This document shows positions 60,832 through 64,000 of a stretch of 64,000 bases of DNA, one piece after another; within the stretch, counting starts at the first letter, position 1, and every line of letters begins with the position of its first letter. This DNA comes from Amphiscolops sp. MND2022. Its lineage: Eukaryota. The notes under the pieces were generated by a model, which was given only the letters and a program-made list of their open reading frames with translations, had not been told where the DNA came from and ran no database searches. Both the position numbers and the translations under genes were made by a program. The DNA lies in assembly GCA_964187785.1 (NCBI GenBank), contig OZ076409.1, positions 16,618,001 through 16,682,000 of the forward strand, in the 5' to 3' direction.

Positions 60832-61728
60832 TAGTTATTCCCTTTATAACCTCTTTATAACCTCTTTTATAACCTCTTTATAAAAATCTTCCGAATCCTG
60901 CAAAGAAACGCGTCGAATAAACTTAAAGACAAGTCCGAAAAATTGATGTTTTTCCAATGGAACATATAAATATACAAATAGTGAAAAGGAAGGGCATTTC
61001 AAGCACGCGTTATTACAAACTCATGAGTTATGTACAAAAGATTGAATAAGAGCACTTTTGGGAGTCTCCAAACTAGTTATTTGAGAGTAAGTACTTTGGT
61101 GAGCTTTTTGTATTTAACATTTACTTCATAATTCTCCCAAGTCAAAAGCTCGCAAATCAAATCTGCTTAATCAAAATCTCCTCTTCAAATTTTCTTTGCT
61201 CTATGGCCCCTTGTTTCAAAGTTTCCTGAAGCACGGGGACAAAATGAACCACTTCGAATACATCTAGTTCTCTAAAAGCAGGCACGAATCATTCAGAAAC
61301 GATGTTTGAATTGATTTAAGTTAGATATAGGAGATTTTGACTTGACTATTTCGATAAGCAAAATGTGTTTTCAGCAGATGTTTTTAAAAAAACGGTGACA
61401 TCATAGCAGGGTATCATGTCTTCGAACAAAAGATGTACTTACCAAACACCCAGCTTACAGTTATTGACGTTCATAAAAGACAGACTAATTAAAACTTTCA
61501 CGTAACATCACGTAACCTGAGTTTCACGTAACATCAATCCGAAAACACATTTTAAGATTGACTCTAAGTAAATTTGAAAAGAAGTCAATTTTGGGTTTAG
61601 ATTTCAAGAAGGTTCTGAAAATAATGACGTTATTGTGAACCCTTTTATAATTGATTTGAGTAATTTCATGCATAATTGGAAGCCAAATGCTCAATGAGTT
61701 TTTTCATTACCCTGTAGAAAAAGGAGCT

Positions 61729-62556
61729 TCACCTCCGTTTAACTAAGATTCCAACGCACTCATAACAAAACTGGACCACCTCAAAAAGTGCCAGAACGCT
61801 CCATCCCAACCAGAGGCCAATATTACCGCCAAAATCACTGAGGAAGTCTGTGAATGTGTAAGCTTCGGATTCGGTTATCTGCTGAAAATTCAACGCTTCG
61901 AAATAAACCTCCAAACGTGCGAAATTCTCCCTGAAATGTTCCTGCAATTGCTTTGCAGATAAATTTGTATCGTTGAAAGCAATTCTCATGTATTCTTCCA
62001 CTCGTTTAGATTGAGATTTTGTCAGTTTGGAGGCCAAATAAGGTGTGAACGCTTTTGTCGGCCATGGAGCGCTAGAACGGACGTGTGAAAACTTGGTCGT
62101 TTCACAGGCTTGTGGACAAGGACATGAAATGTGGCCATCTATGTATTTCTGATGAACATTTCTCTTGCATTCGCTCTGAGTTTTGACTGTTATTTCGCAA
62201 TAATTTAGAGCTGCTTCATTAATGGCGTCATCCACGCTGAAATATCTGTCGAAAGTGTCAGTGCATCCGCATTGTAGCGCCATCTGATTCTGAACGCATA
62301 TTTCCAAACAAACTTCTCGTGAATACGCTGACCAATGTGTAGTGAATTCTGAATTGAGTTTAAGAAACTTGGGCCAATCTTTAGCACAGTCACTATATTT
62401 TCCGCCCATTCGATGAACTGTGTTTTGCTTTACCGCCAGAAATGTGGCTTCTCCCGCTGGAACAGACAAACCCTCTGCCCTCACCCTCCCGTTGAGGTAA
62501 GGATCGTGAATGAGAACTTTTGCGCCCGCGTATGGGGCAAATAGGCCCAAGTATTC
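61729..62556 (-). CDS. DEG/ENaC (ASIC/FaNaC-like) channel, last coding exon
   Basis: Cys-rich thumb (CLEICVQNQMALQCGC, CPCPQAC), ENFARLEVYFE, TM2 FLSDFGGNIGLWLGWSV; CAG acceptor adjacent to 62556. Confidence 0.92.
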   Translation of the reverse strand, partial: EYLGLFAPYAGAKVLIHDPYLNGRVRAEGLSVPAGEATFLAVKQNTVHRMGGKYSDCAKDWPKFLKLNSEFTTHWSAYSREVCLEICVQNQMALQCGCTDTFDRYFSVDDAINEAALNYCEITVKTQSECKRNVHQKYIDGHISCPCPQACETTKFSHVRSSAPWPTKAFTPYLASKLTKSQSKRVEEYMRIAFNDTNLSAKQLQEHFRENFARLEVYFEALNFQQITESEAYTFTDFLSDFGGNIGLWLGWSVLALFEVVQFCYECVGILVKRR

Positions 62557-62893
62557 CTGTATGCAGGGGTGTAAAGTTGAGCATTGTAAAATTATGTGGA
62601 GTTTATTAGTTATATGATAGTTGAATAGTTTTGGTGGTTACATGCCAAAATTTGCTAAGTTAAAATCTAAATGTAAATATCCCAAACGGAATTATCGTAG
62701 GTCAAAAACACCTACCATTAAGATACCATTACCCAAAAATGTTGGCCAACGTACGGCAGTTTTCAAATAACGTCCTAAAAACTGCACTCTTAAAGTAGCA
62801 TTTTCCTGCCTAATTCCAATTTGAAAGAATAACTCATTTTAGATTACAAGCACTTGAAATTTTTGACCATTAGATGGTTTTTTACACCCTCGC

Positions 62894-63377
62894 CTCAATG
62901 TCCACAAATAGGGTGAGTTTCAACCCATATTCCAGCCCAGTTTTGCTCGTCTTCTTGATCAACTCTGGCTCAGATAAATTTCTGTCTCTTATTGAGTTGA
63001 AAGAAAAGCAATTACCATGGTACGGGTCCTGATAGGTCTTGAACAAATTATAGGAACATTTTCGCCCATCGAACGTACATTGTATTATGAAATCTTTTCT
63101 TTGATGGCCATTGCTTTGAATGAGATCTTTTCGAAGAACGATGGCTAATCGAAAGTCAGCGTAATCGGGTAACTCGGCTTTATCGTACAGTGAGAAATAG
63201 TCTCCGGCTTCGATTCCGTAAAATTGGTCGGTGTTTGCGAAAATATATTCGACCCAGGATGGGAAGTCAATGTAATCATAATCGTAATCTTCATAGTTGT
63301 AATCATAGTCCTCGTAATCTGAATCTGTTGTGTTATTACTATCTGCATGGTGATTGAAGATCGGATAATAAAGAAAA
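62894..63377 (-). CDS. DEG/ENaC channel, internal exon (upstream exons not identified in the window)
   Basis: Translates to ...GHQRKDFIIQCTFDGRKC...YHGNCFSFN...GLKLTLFVDIE; TTGCAG acceptor adjacent to 63377. Confidence 0.88.
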
Positions 63378-64000
63378 CTGCAATTTCAAAAATTCGTTTT
63401 TAAAGATAACAAAAAAGTACATACAATAGGTTCGAACACTGACGAAATTGTTTTTTTGTCACGTTTTTTTGTGGAATGAAATTTTATGTCAAAAAAGTCA
63501 CACGTGGCCCAATAGGACCCAATAGGATTTTCAAACATTGAAAATTACAAACTCTTGCATGGCACGGGATGCACGCATCCTAATCATTAGGCCAAGTGGC
63601 AGCGCGAACAACGCTGTTTCAATCGCGAGACTATTCAGTTTGATGTCTGTAGACAAAAAAACTGTAAGAGTTGAGCACCCTGTATATATATATGCTTTAT
63701 AAAGTTCAAAAATGCTGTTATGTCCCTGTTGGATTTTTTTGTTGTAGCAAAGTATGAAAAAATCGTGGTGCTACTGTGCCTTGTGTTTATACTTCTCTTC
63801 ATAGTCGGTGCTATTTTCAAGAAGAGCAGATTTTGGTTGTATATATACAGAGTTTCGTATATATAGAATTTTGTTTTAAAAATCTCACAAAGCCAAAAAA
63901 GGGGCCCTCTAGGCTTTGTTCCGCTTTGTTTCTACTAAAAATCAAACGGGGGACCTTCGGTTCAAACAATTTCAGAAACAAAATTTCATAGTGCCGAAAA

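Overview
AT-rich animal genomic DNA in two parts separated by a 200-N gap (48658-48857). Bases 1-48657 are a tandem array of a 905-bp unit carrying one 5S rRNA gene (23 copies) and one putative spliced-leader (SL) RNA gene: a 31-nt exon GCCTAATTGTTGTGATAAACTTATTAAATAG, GTAAGT donor, two stem-loops and an Sm-type site. The SL gene is the target of several site-specific retroelements. Four families insert at the same point in the SL exon with 17-18-bp target-site duplications (TSDs) AGCCTAATTGTTGTGAT(A). They are two divergent L1/Tx1-like RT lineages (A, one 5'-truncated copy; B, two full-length 5.6-kb APE-RT copies, both disrupted) and two RT-less ORF1-only families (C, six copies; D, two copies). 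C and D keep intact reading frames and share an extra C-terminal domain and a conserved 3' UTR block; C also ends in the same 25 nt as B. A fifth, ~100-bp non-coding element (three copies) duplicates the SL splice donor. Insertions saturate the last ten units before the gap. After the gap are dispersed repeats (DINE-1/Helentron-like elements, a degenerate ~187-bp tandem repeat, an inverted repeat pair) and the last two exons of a minus-strand DEG/ENaC channel gene. The SL exon resembles, from memory only and unverified, an acoel leader.
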